Below, piece after piece: positions 50,558 through 64,000 of a stretch of 64,000 nucleotides of DNA. The position numbers were made by a program, and so were the translations under genes. This stretch comes from Paraspadella gotoi (lineage: Eukaryota; Animalia; Chaetognatha), in assembly GCA_051294375.1 (NCBI GenBank), contig CM119269.1, positions 2,658,699 to 2,722,698 of the forward strand, in the 5' to 3' direction. Below the pieces are notes generated by a model. That model made no database searches, had not been told where the DNA came from, and was given only the letters and a program-made list of their open reading frames with translations. Position 1 is the stretch's first letter; the number at the start of each line of letters is the position of its first letter.

Positions 50558-53500
50558 TCTTCTCCCTCCCTCTCCCTTTCCCATCCCCATCAGAACTTAA
50601 TGACGACGAGCGCGACGCCGGATCCGCGTCTTCTTTTCGCGGCGCGCCAGTTTTCGGTTTCTCTCACCCGAAACGCTCGCTTCCCCTCCCTCCCTCCTCC
50701 TGTTTCCATCTCTTGGTCCAAGTTTCCGTTCCTCGATCTGGCTCGTCAATTGCTCTTCTGCGTCGTCGTCCTACCGCTCTCGCTGCGCCCCACCCGGCGC
50801 TCCCTCCCGCTCTTCCTCCTCACCCATCCCGCCCTGCCGACCCGCCGCCCCGGAAGCTTCGGACCAACCTGGATGTGGCGTTGAGGAAGCCTTAAATTTC
50901 CGGGATTCCGGGTTTGCTTGGCGTCGCAAGACGGACATTGGCGGCGGGTCCTGGTTTCAATCCCAGCCTGACCGTGACCGGTCGCGTCGCGGTCTAGAAC
51001 GCCTCTCATCGACAGTAGTCGCAGGCCAGGAGGGGGTAAGAACGGTGGTAAGCGCGCAAGGCAGGAGGTAGAAGTGATACGGAGGTAGTACGCCGCGGAC
51101 GATAACAAGGAATAGGAGAAGTACGAAGGAAAGCAAAGAATATTGTGAGAGGAAGCAAGGAAGCGAGCGATGGCAGACAGCCATTAAGCTAAGAAAGCTC
51201 TACTTTTTTCCACGCAGACAGAGAAATAAATCCAATTAACCTGTCCGACGTTTTTGCCTTTCTTACTCCCCCCCAGACGTGTACTGGCGTGCCCGGATCT
51301 CCCTTTCCTCCCCCCGCACCTTACCCCACTACCCAGCGCTGCGCTGGTGCTTGCTCGCAGATTCCTTCTCCCAAACTCACCCTTCTCTCCTTTTTCCAAC
51401 GACGACGGCCGCCACGAGTTCCGTGACCCCCGGGGCCGGGCTTTTTTCCTCGGAACGCCACGGCGAAGTCGCGACGCCGGCGGAGACGCCTCTTCGGCGC
51501 CGCCCTCCACCCGGCAGTCGTCGGACCGACGCCGCTCGACGGAGAGCGTCTCGAGCATTCTCGGCCTCTCCGGACTGTTCATCTCCGCGCGTCGGCGGCG
51601 GACCGGCGCTGCGCTCTAGCCGCCGTTCCGCTTTCGAAAGCCGGCCCGTCTGATCCGGCGTCGTCTGCGACGCCGATGGGAAGACGCAGTTGAGATGCGT
51701 CGACGAACGCCTTGGGACGCCATATTGGGACCGAAGAGCGCGACGGCGACGATGATGGCGCTTAGCACATCCTCTCCGTACTCGACTTTGCCGCGAATGC
51801 CGCATTTTCCGCAGCAGTTGCGCAGCAATCGTGGCCAACGGCAGCAACAACAACAGCAGCCAGCCGAGCACCAGCAGCAGCAGAAGACAGCTGGAGACGC
51901 TGGGTTTTTCGAGACGTCGCGGTATGCTGTGAGTGGTGCGGAGAAAAGAAATCCCATAAATAAACAAGATCGAAAGAATGTTTGGTGAATAGTATAGACT
52001 GATGTGATATGATATTGTGTGGTGTGGTATAGTGTGCGGTGGCTCTTCGGATGTCCTGTGTGAGTCGTGTGTGGCGGAGGGGGATTGGGGGAGTGGAGGA
52101 GAGTTTGGGGTCATCGATGATCACGATTGGGGGTGGTGTGGAGTGCGTGGTAGTGTGCAAGAGAGAGGAGAGGACACTGTAGAGCTTGAGGCGGTGTTTG
52201 GGTTGCTGATATGGTAGGAAGTGGTGGAGGGAGCTGGCCGTATGAGAGTGTGAGAGAGAGGTATGGTGTTTCAGGGCAGGGGTTGGTGAGGTATGGGGGG
52301 TGAGTGAGGTCAGATTGTAAAAATCATGAAGGAAGTGAAGATTAGAATTAAACCAAATGGGGGTGGGTAATAGATTGACTAGTGGTTTAGTGGTGATCTT
52401 GTGTATCGGATGTATGAGGTTGGAAACGAATTGGTTGTGGGAGGAAATAGACTGGTAGGAGTGAATTAAGACGAAGGCCAACTGGAGAGTTGCGCGCGTG
52501 CAAGGCGAGAGCTGGCGGTTATTCCGTGTCCCTTCTCCAGAGCGGAGCGTGCTTTCGCGTCGGGCTGCGGGGGCCGCGAGACTTACCGCGTGCGGAGGAT
52601 TGCGGTGCGAGGCGTCGCTCGAGCGACGACGAATCTCTCGTCTTGTTGGTCAAACCAGGAGTGAAATGAGGGATTGAAAAGAATTCGACATTTCATATGG
52701 AGAGAGAGAGATAAAGTGGGTCAACTATTAGAGAAGCCACAAAAAGAGTCGGATCTTTTTTTTTTTAAGTCTGGCCTAAAAGAGTTTCAGATTACAAATC
52801 TGCTCAAAAAAAAGTTTAATAGTTATAAAAGTATTTTATTTCGTTATTTGAAGGAAAATAATAGTCTTTAGAACTCAGTTAGTTAATACATTGTCGGACC
52901 ACTATTTGCTTCCAGCACCGTTTCCATGAGATAAGGGAGAGAGTCATAGAGGCTGGGCAAATATTAAGAGTTCAGCTCCCCCTAATGTGTTTTAAAATTT
53001 TCTTCATTTTATCGACTGTTATTGCGTTCTACTGCAAAATATTCTTTTTCATCCTTGACTAGACATTTTCGATGATGTTGCAGGCTAACCTATGAGCACC
53101 TCCATCCCGTTTTCTCATGAAATTTGTTGGAGGGGCGTTGGCTTTGTATCCAGGAGCTCTATCCTCTATGAAAAGCCGCCCATTCACTATTAAATTACTG
53201 GCAACAATTCTTCTTCTCTCCAAAGTTTAAACTTTTTTTTGAGCAAATCTGTATTTAGGAGAAGAGTTTAACTGCGCGGAACTTAGTGATAAAGAGTGAA
53301 TGGGCGTCATACACGGACAAGGTCGAGACGACTGTATATAAGAGAAAAGCGACTAAGAAACAAAGGGCTTAATGAGTAACTGGTAACTTGGTATGGCCTA
53401 GGAAAATCGCCTTTTTACATCAAGGAATTTGAAGTTAAGAAAGACAAACAAATTTCCCCCCAACTAAAAAAAAATTCTTGTGAAATGTCTTCCCCTTTTT

Positions 53501-53745
53501 TTTTCTGACTTTACGATTAAACATTTTGCTCCAAATAAGGAGAAGCGGTTTCGAAGGAACAACTCGAAGAGACATTGACTTTGACTTTGATCGAAAGGTT
53601 TTTCGATGTCGAGAGAAGAAGCGACGCAGCTGCTACAAACGAACTCAGCGCATCGAATCTTCATTTCTCCGACTCTTAACGATTGAGGACAAATCAATGA
53701 GGCAAAAAAAAAAAAAGATCACGACTACTACGACGACGGGGTCCC

Positions 53746-53806
<61 letters not shown>

Positions 53807-54558
53807 ATAGAAGACGATTATAGTGACAAATCGATCTTAGCAGCAGAAAAAAGTAGACACTCTCTACGGTGGAAGACCCGAGGGAAAAAAATGTGCTTTG
53901 CATTAAAATCTTTCATTCACGGCTCCTGCTTTGACGTTTTTTCTCCGTCTTTTTATTTTCTTGACGAGTTAATTCATTTTTACGTTAAATTTTTTAATAA
54001 TCAAAATATTTCTGTATTTAAACAGTGAACAGTGAAATTTACCTAAATTGAATCTACGTAAACAATTTTAAAATACGTAAAAGTACTTAGTACTTGGATA
54101 ACAGATGAATTCTAACTTTGTTGTCTCCTTCGTTTCAAGGACTCCATTTCTCTTTATAAAAAGTTTCTCGTCTTCCTTTCTTGCATATTTTTTAAAAATA
54201 AATGAGACAACATCTGTTTCCTCTCTGCTCGTGTAATACATAATGAGATAAAAGTAAAACTTACCAATTAAGACTCACCTTCAAACCTCGTGCGTAAATT
54301 ACTATTGCTTGACATCAATCGTTATCGGACAAAGACGTTACTCCTCGGTCACTAGAACGATTCCAGGGTCCGTGAGCTCTTACGATTTCACCATTCTAAG
54401 AATGACGTGAAACAGAATTGGGTCACGTAAGGATAAGTGTGATTCCGAATTAACTTACGCTGTGACAAGAATTGTTGAGTGTGTGACGAAGAAAGAACAA
54501 TTGGGTTTTTCTCATCCAAACCTCCGCCTCGTTTATCTAGCATCTGATGCGAAAGAAG

Positions 54559-54592
<34 letters not shown>

Positions 54593-56560
54593 TCGCTCGC
54601 ATCATCAAGCCTCAGAATGTTGCGGTACCGAAGAGGCCCTTCGAAACTTAGCGTCACTATGCGTAATTTAACGCCGGTTTTTTATCTCTTAATTATCAAC
54701 TGTGTGTTTCTTCTTTCTCTCGTCTCTCTCTCTCTCTCTCTCTCCTCTCTCTTCTCCCTCTCTCTCTCTCTCTCCCTCCTCTTCCCTCTCTTCTCTCTCC
54801 CTCCTCCCTCTCCCTTCCCATCCCCATCAGAACTAATGACACGAGCGCGACGCCGGATTCCTCTTCATCTTTTCGCGCGCCGCCAGTTCCGTTTCTCTCC
54901 CCAACGCCTCGCCTCCTCCTCCTTCCCCTTCCTCTTCCCAATCTCTCGCAATTCCCTCCCCCGTCTCGTCTCCACCGCCCGCTCGCCGCCACCCGCCTCC
55001 TCCCGCTCTTCCTCCTCACCCATTCCCGCCCTCCGCCGCCGCCGCCGACGCTTCGGACAACCTGATGGCGTTGGACCTAAATTCCGGATCCGGGTTTCTG
55101 CGTCGCAAACGACATCCGGGTCCATGGTTCGAATCCCACCTGACCGTGACGTCGTCGCGGTCTAGAACGCCTCTCATTCCGACCGGAGGTAAGTCGGGCA
55201 GGCGCGGGGGGAGGAGGTGAGTAAACGAGGTAGGTTAACGCCGGACGATACAAGGAAAATAGGGGAAAGTCGGCGGAGGAAAAAGAAACAAAGAAATATT
55301 TGAGAGAAGCAAGGAAGCGAGCGAGCAAGCAATTAAGCTAAGAAAGCTCTACTTTTTCCACGCAGCAGAGAAATAATCCAATTAACCTTCCGACTTTTTC
55401 CTTTCTTACCTCCCCCCCAACTTACCGTCCCATCTCCCTTTCCTCCCCCCCACTTACCCACTTACCCACCTCCTTCTTCCTCCAGATTCCTTCTCCCCAA
55501 ACTCACCCTTCTCTCCTTTTTCCAACGACGACGCCGCCACGAGTTCCGACGCCGCTTCCTCGGACGCCACGCGAGTCGCGACGCCGTCGGAGACGCTCTT
55601 CGGCGCCGCCCCTCCACCCGGCATCGTCGGACCGACGCCGCTCGACGGGAGAGCGTCTTCGACGATTCTCGGCCTCCCGGACGTCATCTGCGGCGTCGGC
55701 GGCGGACCGGCGCTGCTGCTGCCGCCGTCCGCTTTCGAAGCCGGCGTCGATCCGGCGTCGTCTGCGACGCCGATGGGAAGGACGCAGTTGCAGATGGCGT
55801 CGACGGACGCCTTGGACGCCATATTGGACGAAGAGCGCGAGGCGACGATGATGCTGCTTCAGCGACACCTTCCTTACTCGACTTTGCCGCGAATGCCGCA
55901 TTTTCCGCAGCAGTTGGCGCAGCACGTGGCCCAACAGCAGCAACAACAACAGCACCAGCAGCACCAGCAGCAGCAGAAGACAGCGGAGGACGCTGGGTTT
56001 TTGAGACGTCGCGATCAGGTGCGAGAAAGGAAATCCCATAAATAAAAAAGACTCGCAGATGTTTGGAAAGAAACGGGGAGTGATATATATTTTTTTCTTA
56101 TTTCGATTTTCGATCCTTTTGACTTGGCGAGGGATTGGGATGAGGGGAGGATTTGTCAGTCATGATCACGATTGGGGGGGGGTGATCTTAGGGTGCGGAA
56201 GAGAAAATACACTGTAACTTGACTTTTTTTTATATTAGATTAGACTGGCCTATGAATTAGAAGTATTTTTCACATTTAGTATGGTAGTAGTCATTTAAAA
56301 ATCATGGAAAATTAAATTAAATTAAACCAAATGTTATATTGACTATTTTATTATCTTTTATCGTAATGTTATTATTAAACAATTTTTAAAATTAATGTCG
56401 TGAACGTAGATGATATTAAACGAACCAACTGGGAGATTCCGGTCAACGAACTGACCTTGACTTCGCTTCCCTCTCCAGACGGAGCTCTTCGCGTCGTCTT
56501 CCGCCGAACCTTACCCCCTGCGAGGATTCCTGCAGCGTCCCTCCGACGACGACGACGACG
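48195..56560. repeat. Direct tandem duplication: ~48195-52630 (noisy) and ~52648-56560
   Basis: Both begin GGTCAAACCAG(T)GAGTGAAATGAGGG(G)ATTGAAAA and stay colinear (ACG repeat, CT tract, Q-rich exon). Differences are mainly indels; copy 1 becomes heavily G-inflated after ~51980. Confidence 0.92.
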
Positions 56561-58814
56561 ACCACGATTCACCCAATTCTATCCTCACCGCTGGAAATTC
56601 AGGTTCGATTTATAATCGGATTTCGACCAAGGTCGATTTTTTTTTTGCGCCGAAATCGCGAGACGACGCCGATATTCGTCGTCGTCGTCGTCGTCGTCGG
56701 CCTCATTGTCGTCATGGTTTCCAACCATTGTATGAATATGATAGTATTCGTCATCATCATCATTAACGTCATCATCATTGTAAATAACTTCATCAAAATA
56801 AGTTTTTAAAATAATTGAGTTGTACGTCGTTGTCATCATCAGCGATGTTGAAAAAAAAAAACCTTTAAATTGCGATTATTGCAATTAATTATCGCAATCT
56901 TGCAGAGCAAATTCGAAATTGATTTTCCGATCGATCTTACTCGTTGATATCGCATTTCAAAGTTAAAAATTGTTAAAAGCGATGCAGATTTACCTTGTTG
57001 TTTCTAAATCTCACGGTTTATTTGCGTAGATTTCATTTTTGATTGAAAGAGGAACCGGCGAATCGCATTTACCGCGGTGCAACAGTTGTGGTCGAATTTC
57101 GAAGGTGAATAATTACTTTCCGTCTCAGAAATTATTGACGAAAGCTCCAAGCACCCGATTAATTCATCTCAAACTATTTGGCGGAAGATAAATGAAGATC
57201 CTTTTTCTCGATCTCTTTCTTTGCTATTCGGTCTTTTAATTAAGACGTCGTCCGCGATGGCGTTTCTAGGCCACTCGCTCCACATCCTAAGATCTTCATT
57301 TCCGCCCCCCCCCCCCCCCGCCGGCTCTGCCCTTTGCCCAAGCTGCCCGAGGACGATCTCGGGGTCGCGGGTTCGATTCCAGCGACTTCCTTCTTCGGGT
57401 CGGCAGCGATCAGTGACCCTCAGAAGGGGCGGGGGAGAATTTGGAATATTAACGGCGATTAAGCTAGAACTTCAGAGATACCAGTTTATTTTATGTTAAA
57501 AATATTTATTTTTTTTATTCATTTAAAAGAGAAATCTCTAAAAAAAACCAAAAAAAACTATTTAATCAAAATTGCCACATATTTTTTTACATGAAGCAAA
57601 TTTTTTCGGTACAAACTTTTTGTTATGCCCATTGGGATGGGTCATCTCACTGTTGGCTTTGGAGGCTTTCTACCCTTAGTGACTCCTCCTGTCACTGGCG
57701 CGGTTACCCTAGGACGGTCTCGCTTTGCCAATGCAGATGGAAGTCGTTAGTGTCTGTGGAATGTGTGGAAGCATCGCAACGCTTGGGATGGTGTGTTCCC
57801 CCTCTGAGCCAAGGGAAGGGTGGATGGTGAATGTATCTCCACAAGGGGTTTTTTCTTTGGCCATGATTAATTTTCTTTGATCTTCCCCACTGATGCGAAT
57901 CTTCGCGACCCAAAATCCGTTCGGGGTTAATGAGGATCGAATTTAAATTCTAATGCGATTCTTTCTCGATTGGCAAATTTAGTTGATGAGAATTACCCTG
58001 TATTAAGAGCCGATAGTCGTCGGCATTCTCTTCGTTGGCACTGTAACGGAAGATCATCGTCGTCTTCTTAGCGAAAAGTTCAGTTTAAAATTGGTACAAC
58101 TATTATGTAAATTATCCATTAATTCGTTAGCGTCTCTTTTCAGTTTTTATACACATCAATTTATTTTATTTTTTTCAATTTTTTTCAGACAACTTATCTT
58201 CGTTCCCGGATCAAACATTTTCCGCCTCCGCCGCCGCCGCCGCCGCCGCCTCCGCTGCCTCCGCTGCCGCCGAATCTAACGCCTCCATTGTTCCCACTCC
58301 CAGCGAATATCTCCCTCCGCTGCCGCACCTCCAGCATTTGCAGCATCTTCAAATTTTGCAGCATCATAACCTCCATTTCGGTCCGGACCTGCAGCTCCAA
58401 GACGAGCAGCGTCAGAGCTTAATGGGTCAGCCGTCTCCTGCACTGCATCAGATGACGCTGGCGACGCCGCAGCACGGGCTGCAGCACGTGGGACCGATCA
58501 CTCATCAGCACGGACTTGACGAAATGTCAGTCCAACAGCAAACTCTGCAGCAAATGGCGCCGCCGCAATTTTTCTCAACAGAACTGGAAGCGACGTCGAC
58601 GACGCCGCTGCTGATGGCGTCGCCTTCGACGTTACGGCGTCCCCCAACATCAGCGGCGTCGGCAGCGGCAGCAATGGACAGCGCCGCCTCGCAGCACCAC
58701 AGAAGAATTTTGACCAACGAACAATTATTCATCCACGGAAACGACGGCGACGACGACGACGGCGACGACGATCTTAATAGAGTCATGGTCAGTCAAAGAA
58801 GCACCAGGTTATGA
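55486..58814 (+). CDS. 3' exons of an unidentified low-complexity (Ala/Ser/Pro/Gln-rich) protein tail ending STRL*; exons ~55486-56018, possibly ~56411-56601, and 58189-58814
   Basis: Polypyrimidine-AG acceptors, open GC-rich frames (DSFSPNSPFSPF...YSTLPRMPHFPQQ; NLSSFPDQTF...VSQRSTRL*), AATAAA signals ~25-35 nt after the stop. No family recognised. Confidence 0.6.
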
Positions 58815-59599
58815 TCAACTATCCTATTATCGTGAAAATAAAAAATAAATGCTTATTATCCGTAACCGTAGCAACGGCTAGAGATTTGGGTTCCGTTTTG
58901 CTTGGAAATTCGATGGTAAACCTTTCTTTCTTTCTTTTTTCTTGTTTACAATGGGCTGGGAAGTCGAAGTATTATTTCTATCTGTTACTTCATTTGGCCA
59001 AGACAAAAATAAAACAAAAATAGTCTTCGTATTTTTTCCTTTACTGAAATACTGTTACATTTTCGAGTTCACCACCGGTCCACCACCCAAGTGTTAAACG
59101 TTTTGAAATTCTTCGTTTATAATGAGACTTGTTTTGTGCTAAAGTTTTTTTTTCGAAATGATTAGCTCAGCATTTAAAGTAAATTGAACGGGTTTAACAG
59201 TTGCAGTTGCTCCTAATAATTGTAACCGTTACGTTAAAAGGATCATTTCCGTTTCACAAATGAATACTTTTTTAAAGATGTCCTTTAAGCGCTATCTTGA
59301 TCATAAAATTTGTTCTTCGTCAAATCTTTACTAGTTAAATATGTTTTTTAATGACCATATGTTTTGATAATTAAACAAATTCTCGGATGAAAATTCCTTG
59401 ATTTCCCCATAAAAAAAAAATTATTCGGAATGACACGAAAAGCAATTTATTCTCCTTCCAGCAAATGTATTTTCTCGATGTTTCTCTCTTACCGTGTTTC
59501 CAAATACAGTTTGAACGTTTATTTAACTTTTCTCGATTATTATGGATTGTGGAATAAAATAATTAGTTCAATTTGTGAGACAAAAAGTTAAAAAAAGTT

Positions 59600-59652
<53 letters not shown>

Positions 59653-60747
59653 CTAGACACGTGATTCCCATCCCCCGTCGTCTCCCCGCATTTAGTCACC
59701 ATTAACCTCTTTTCCAAGCCAAGGATCGGAAAAGTCGACTGTGAGCCAATTTAAGCGGCGATGAAAGCCAATTACGGGAGACGCCTCGTTTTTGAGAACC
59801 AATCGGCGAAAACGGTTTTGCCGAAATGGGAGCGAATAAATATACAATGCGACGCCAAAGCTGGGGAGGGGGTGGTGAATTTTGTCGGGAGGGGGTTGAG
59901 TCCCTTGTGTCTGCTACGTTAAAGTATTCCTAAATAATTAATTATTGAACTGAAATGTGAGAATACCAAACTATAATCTCGACAACGACAAAATTATTAA
60001 AAAATGAAATAAAAAAAAGAAATAGGAAGGAAAAGGAAAAGAAAAAGAAAAAGAAAAAGAAAAAGAAAGAAGAAAAAAAAAAGAAAAGAAAAGAAAAAGA
60101 AAAGAAATGAAAAGAAAAGAAAAGAGAAAGAGAAAGGAAAAGAGAACAAGCAGAGAAAATCTGATGTCTCTTTCCTCTGGAAGAAAATTGTTTTTATCCA
60201 ATCCCATCAAAGAAAAGGTGGAATCTTTTTCTCTTTTTTTTTATCTTTTCTCCTTTAGTATTTTTTAGTTAGTTCTGAGAAAAAAGTATCATAAAATAAA
60301 GAAAAATCAATAAAATTAAATGAGGGGAAAAAAAACTTGAGGAGAATTGTTATTAGCATTATCGAGTTTTCGTCTGTACGATTCGAAAAAACTGAATGGC
60401 TTAAGTACTTTATATAAATACATAAACGATGAAATAAACGAACGAACTTTACCTAAAAATATAGTGAAAAAAAACCTTCAGATTTATCCGCTTTTCTTTT
60501 TTTTTTTCGCATCGCACCATCACTTAGTCGAAAAAAAAAGAAGTAAAAAATCAACGCCGTGATGGGAATGAATAAATCATAAGACCTGAGAAAATTGTAC
60601 TTTGGAATATCCACGAAAAAAGGCGGGATTTTTGTTTCGTATCAACTTTTGTTGTTTTATTATAAGTTTGTAAAGAAGTCATGGCTTTGACATCTCTCCA
60701 ATATAAAAATTATCTATGGTGGAACAAAATCCACCAACCGTTCATCA

Positions 60748-60820
60748 GCGGTCATTGGTGCCGGAGGCAAGTCATTCGCCTCCCAACCCAAAGGTCCGGG
60801 GTTCTATCCCGGTGGCCGCC
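60748..60820 (+). other. tRNA-Gly(CCC)-like pseudogene or tRNA-derived SINE head
   Basis: Acceptor-like stem GCGGTCA/TGGCCGC, A-box-like TGGTGCCGGAGG, TCGCCTCCCA as in Gly-CCC tRNAs, T-arm CCGGG-GTTCTAT-CCCGG. The anticodon stem is broken, so it is probably not a functional tRNA. Confidence 0.55.
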
Positions 60821-61753
60821 TAGCAGTTAAGAGGGACGGGTCGCTTAACCCGCCTGTAACATGGTGTTACAGCCTGATCCGAAGCTCAGAGACTGCTTAT
60901 ATTGAACGGTTCTGTCATTAACATTTATCAATAATTATTGACTCTTCATATCATTCATTCGATAAACAAATTATCTTGCCCCCAAATTTGAACTGGCTAT
61001 GTTAATTTAAGTCCTTCCTCAGAACCCGGCAAGCTTCCAATCATCTCTCACAGTTTAGTTAAATTTAAATGTCTTTCGTGACTGAGTAATAATTTTTGTT
61101 ATATCAATTACAATTTCTCTATTATATATATTAATTGTTTACATAAAAGGTACCCATCAATATCGTCTTTTTTCTGAAAGACAAGATGTAGAACTAGTAT
61201 GAAATCCTGCACCATGTGTATTGTGTAGTTTTAATAATAAGTGGTATACCATCACTTCGCCTGCTATATCTTCTGGATGAAGCTGGAACACCAGCTCTTA
61301 GATTAAAAACAATTGGACATCAATGATACTGATCTTATGAATACTCGGAGTTAACCCACAAAGAATTTGATGCATATATAGTAAAAAAATTGAATTGAAT
61401 AAAATTTTAGAACCTTCAATCATTTACGATAACTGAGAAACTCAGGGATCGTTGTAACATTTTTTCCCACTTGAAGAGTTCGCGTCAAAAAAAAAAAAAA
61501 CTCGACTCTCGTCTAATAACATTAGAGCAAAAATACACGATATGCTTTCCCACGTTTTCCCTTTTCTTTTTTTCCTTTTTTTCTCTTTTCTTTTTTTTTC
61601 TTTTTTTGCTTTTTTTCCTTTTCTCCTCTTATTGGGATTTCTTTTTCCATTGGTTTCTCCAAATAAATAGCAGTCCGCGTACAAGCGTACAGTGAATATT
61701 TAGAATTGAAAAGAAAAGAGGGCGAGGCGAGTGGAGAGAGAGATGAGAGAGAG

Positions 61754-61788
<35 letters not shown>

Positions 61789-62086
61789 AGCGAGAGCNNN
61801 NNNNNNNNNNNNNNNNNNNNNNNNNNNNNNNNNNNNNNNNNNNNNNNNNNNNNNNNNNNNNNNNNNNNNNNNNNNNNNNNNNNNNNNNNNNNNNNNNNNN
61901 NNNNNNNNNNNNNNNNNNNNNNNNNNNNNNNNNNNNNNNNNNNNNNNNNNNNNNNNNNNNNNNNNNNNNNNNNNNNNNNNNNNNNNNNNNNNNNNNNNNN
62001 NNNNNNNNNNNNGAGCCAGACCTAAATTGACCATTTTCTCTCCAGCAGAAGAAAAGGGGTGAGTGACAAACTGTTCCGGTCACAGA

Positions 62087-62117
<31 letters not shown>

Positions 62118-63955
62118 CCGATATAAGGTTAGAGGAATTGGTAAGCGAGGGAGAACTAAAGCGAATGAGATGGATCGAGACAAAGGAGAGAGAGAGAGAG
62201 AAAGGACGAATACGACAGTGAAAAAGCAGCAGCGCAGCAGCAAAGAAGCTGGAAAGAAAACAAGAGCGAAAAGAAAATATATCCGTTTAAAAAAAAAAAA
62301 AAGGATTCGATTTTCGTCTTTTATTCAAAGAGAATCGGTAGACCGACTCCATTTGAAGCTTCTTTTTTTTTGGCCAAGTTCGTTGACATCGTCGCGTTCT
62401 CCTTGGAAGGGAAGGTGCGTCCAAGTCATACGTATTCTCGAAGCAGACACTGCGCTTTAATCTTTATCTACCCATTGTACCCAACCGCTCCAGTCGTTCG
62501 CTTTCGCCCGAACGAAATTCGAGCGTCCGCAGCCGACGGATAAACTTCATCCTTCTCCCAATGAATCTTTACTTCAATTAAACGTCTCCTTCAAACCAAC
62601 CGGACTCCTCCACTCCCTTTTTTTTGTCCTAATGAACGTCCCTTAATCCCCTGGAATAACTCACCCTCTTCTCTCGGCTTCCAATGAGCGCCTCCACCCC
62701 CCTTACTCTCAACAGAGGCGCCTCCGGACGTCTCGGCGTCAAAGATTCTCGAGGGAACAAAAGACGTCGATGCAGTTTTCGCTATGCGGCGTCACGCGTC
62801 TCGTGACGAGAGCGAGGACGAGGACGAGAAAGAGGGGGGAGGAAGATGAGGGGAGAAGAAGACGAAAGGGGGGGATGAGAAAGGACAACGACGACGAAAT
62901 TAGAAAGAAGTAAAAAAAAAAAAAATCGAGATTGAAAATTGAAAAGTGAAGAACAACAATCAGATCGACGAATGGAGTCGGTGAAAAACAAAACGGAAAA
63001 CAAACAGGAAAAAACAAAAAGAATCGAGATGAGATTTGCTTTTTAATTCTCATTCTCACATTTAAGTAAGTAGACAGAGATTTCAACCAAAGTGGATTTA
63101 TTTCTCAATATCGGAAGACAAAGAAAGGTGTGAGATAGATGAAATCAATGTGGATACAATCGGTATTTATACATTGGGCTCTCTTTCCCGATGGCATGAA
63201 GCCCCTCTTCTCATTGGTCCATTCCGATAACGGCTCAACCAATCAGAGATTCCACCTTCGATGCTCAGTTTGAAGAGATAAAAAAATAACTGAATTCCGG
63301 CCAGAATATAAACTTACGGTAGATACAATAATTTAGTAAAGATGAAACTAACCATTGATGTCCAAAGGGGACAAATCTGACTGATCCTTAAGAACCCAAA
63401 CCAAATTGGCGCGAGTTAAAGCGAGATACTATAAAATAGTGAAAATAAAAGAGAAGTTGATGAGCGGAATCGTTATGAGGGCGAACTGAGTGAAACCAAT
63501 CAGTACTCTTTGAAGAAGCCTCTAGAGTTCAAAGGGGGTCGACTTAACACTTGGCTGCAGAGGGAGAGAGAATGGGCGAGAGAGACAGAGCGAGAGAGAG
63601 AGAGGGAGACAGAGACAGAATAGGATTTGCATCGGATTCCCCTCCTTTGTCGCCACCTTTTTCATGTTAAAAAGTTTCTCGGTCTGTTTCCTCGCGTTTC
63701 GCTTTCTGACTTTTTTTTTCTCTCTCTCCATTCATTTCGATTCTCCGCGTTTTAACGTCAGTTTTTTTTTAATTTTAAAGGATTAATTATACCTTTCCAA
63801 CTTTAATCGCTTGCCTCTTTTTAAGGTATTATTCCATTTTTTTTATCGGCCGTTTTTAAAACGAAGCATTTCGAAAGTCAGCGATGAGTAAATTTTTCAG
63901 GAACGAAAAAAACAATATTTTCCTACGTCAGGTTCTCGAATTTTTTTCTGATATT

Positions 63956-63998
<43 letters not shown>

Positions 63999-64000
63999 TC

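Noticed and set aside
56400-56615. WEIPVNELTL resembling a tyrosine-kinase juxtamembrane motif
   Set aside because: No GxGxFG, VAVK, HRD or DFG motifs follow.

Overview
Fragment of a low-polish draft animal (probably invertebrate) nuclear genome: AT-rich short introns, GC/GAC-rich exons, very abundant (AG/CT)n microsatellites, many N-gaps and stretches that look like noisy long-read fill. Most ORFs in the supplied track are microsatellite or gap artefacts. Real content read by manual splicing: (1) a complete multi-exon thioester-containing protein gene (alpha-2-macroglobulin/CD109 family, minus strand ~30099-20956) with signal peptide, GCGEQ, catalytic His and a GPI-signal-like tail, plus a ~7.8 kb frameshifted inverted copy of its 3' two-thirds; (2) a DUF229 / alkaline-phosphatase-superfamily gene (minus, ~37072-33950); (3) the TM6-TM7-helix 8 half of a class A GPCR (plus, 40243-42607); (4) 3' exons of a low-complexity protein ending in a PDZ-binding motif (plus, 55486-58814), partly lying in a ~4 kb direct duplication; (5) repeats. 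The most interesting non-coding signal is a 322-bp near-perfect palindrome at 8452-8773 whose arms each carry a minimal type I hammerhead-ribozyme-like motif, followed by a third, more canonical motif at ~8911-8952 (Penelope pLTR / retrozyme-like). No database searches were run; family calls rest on recognised motifs.
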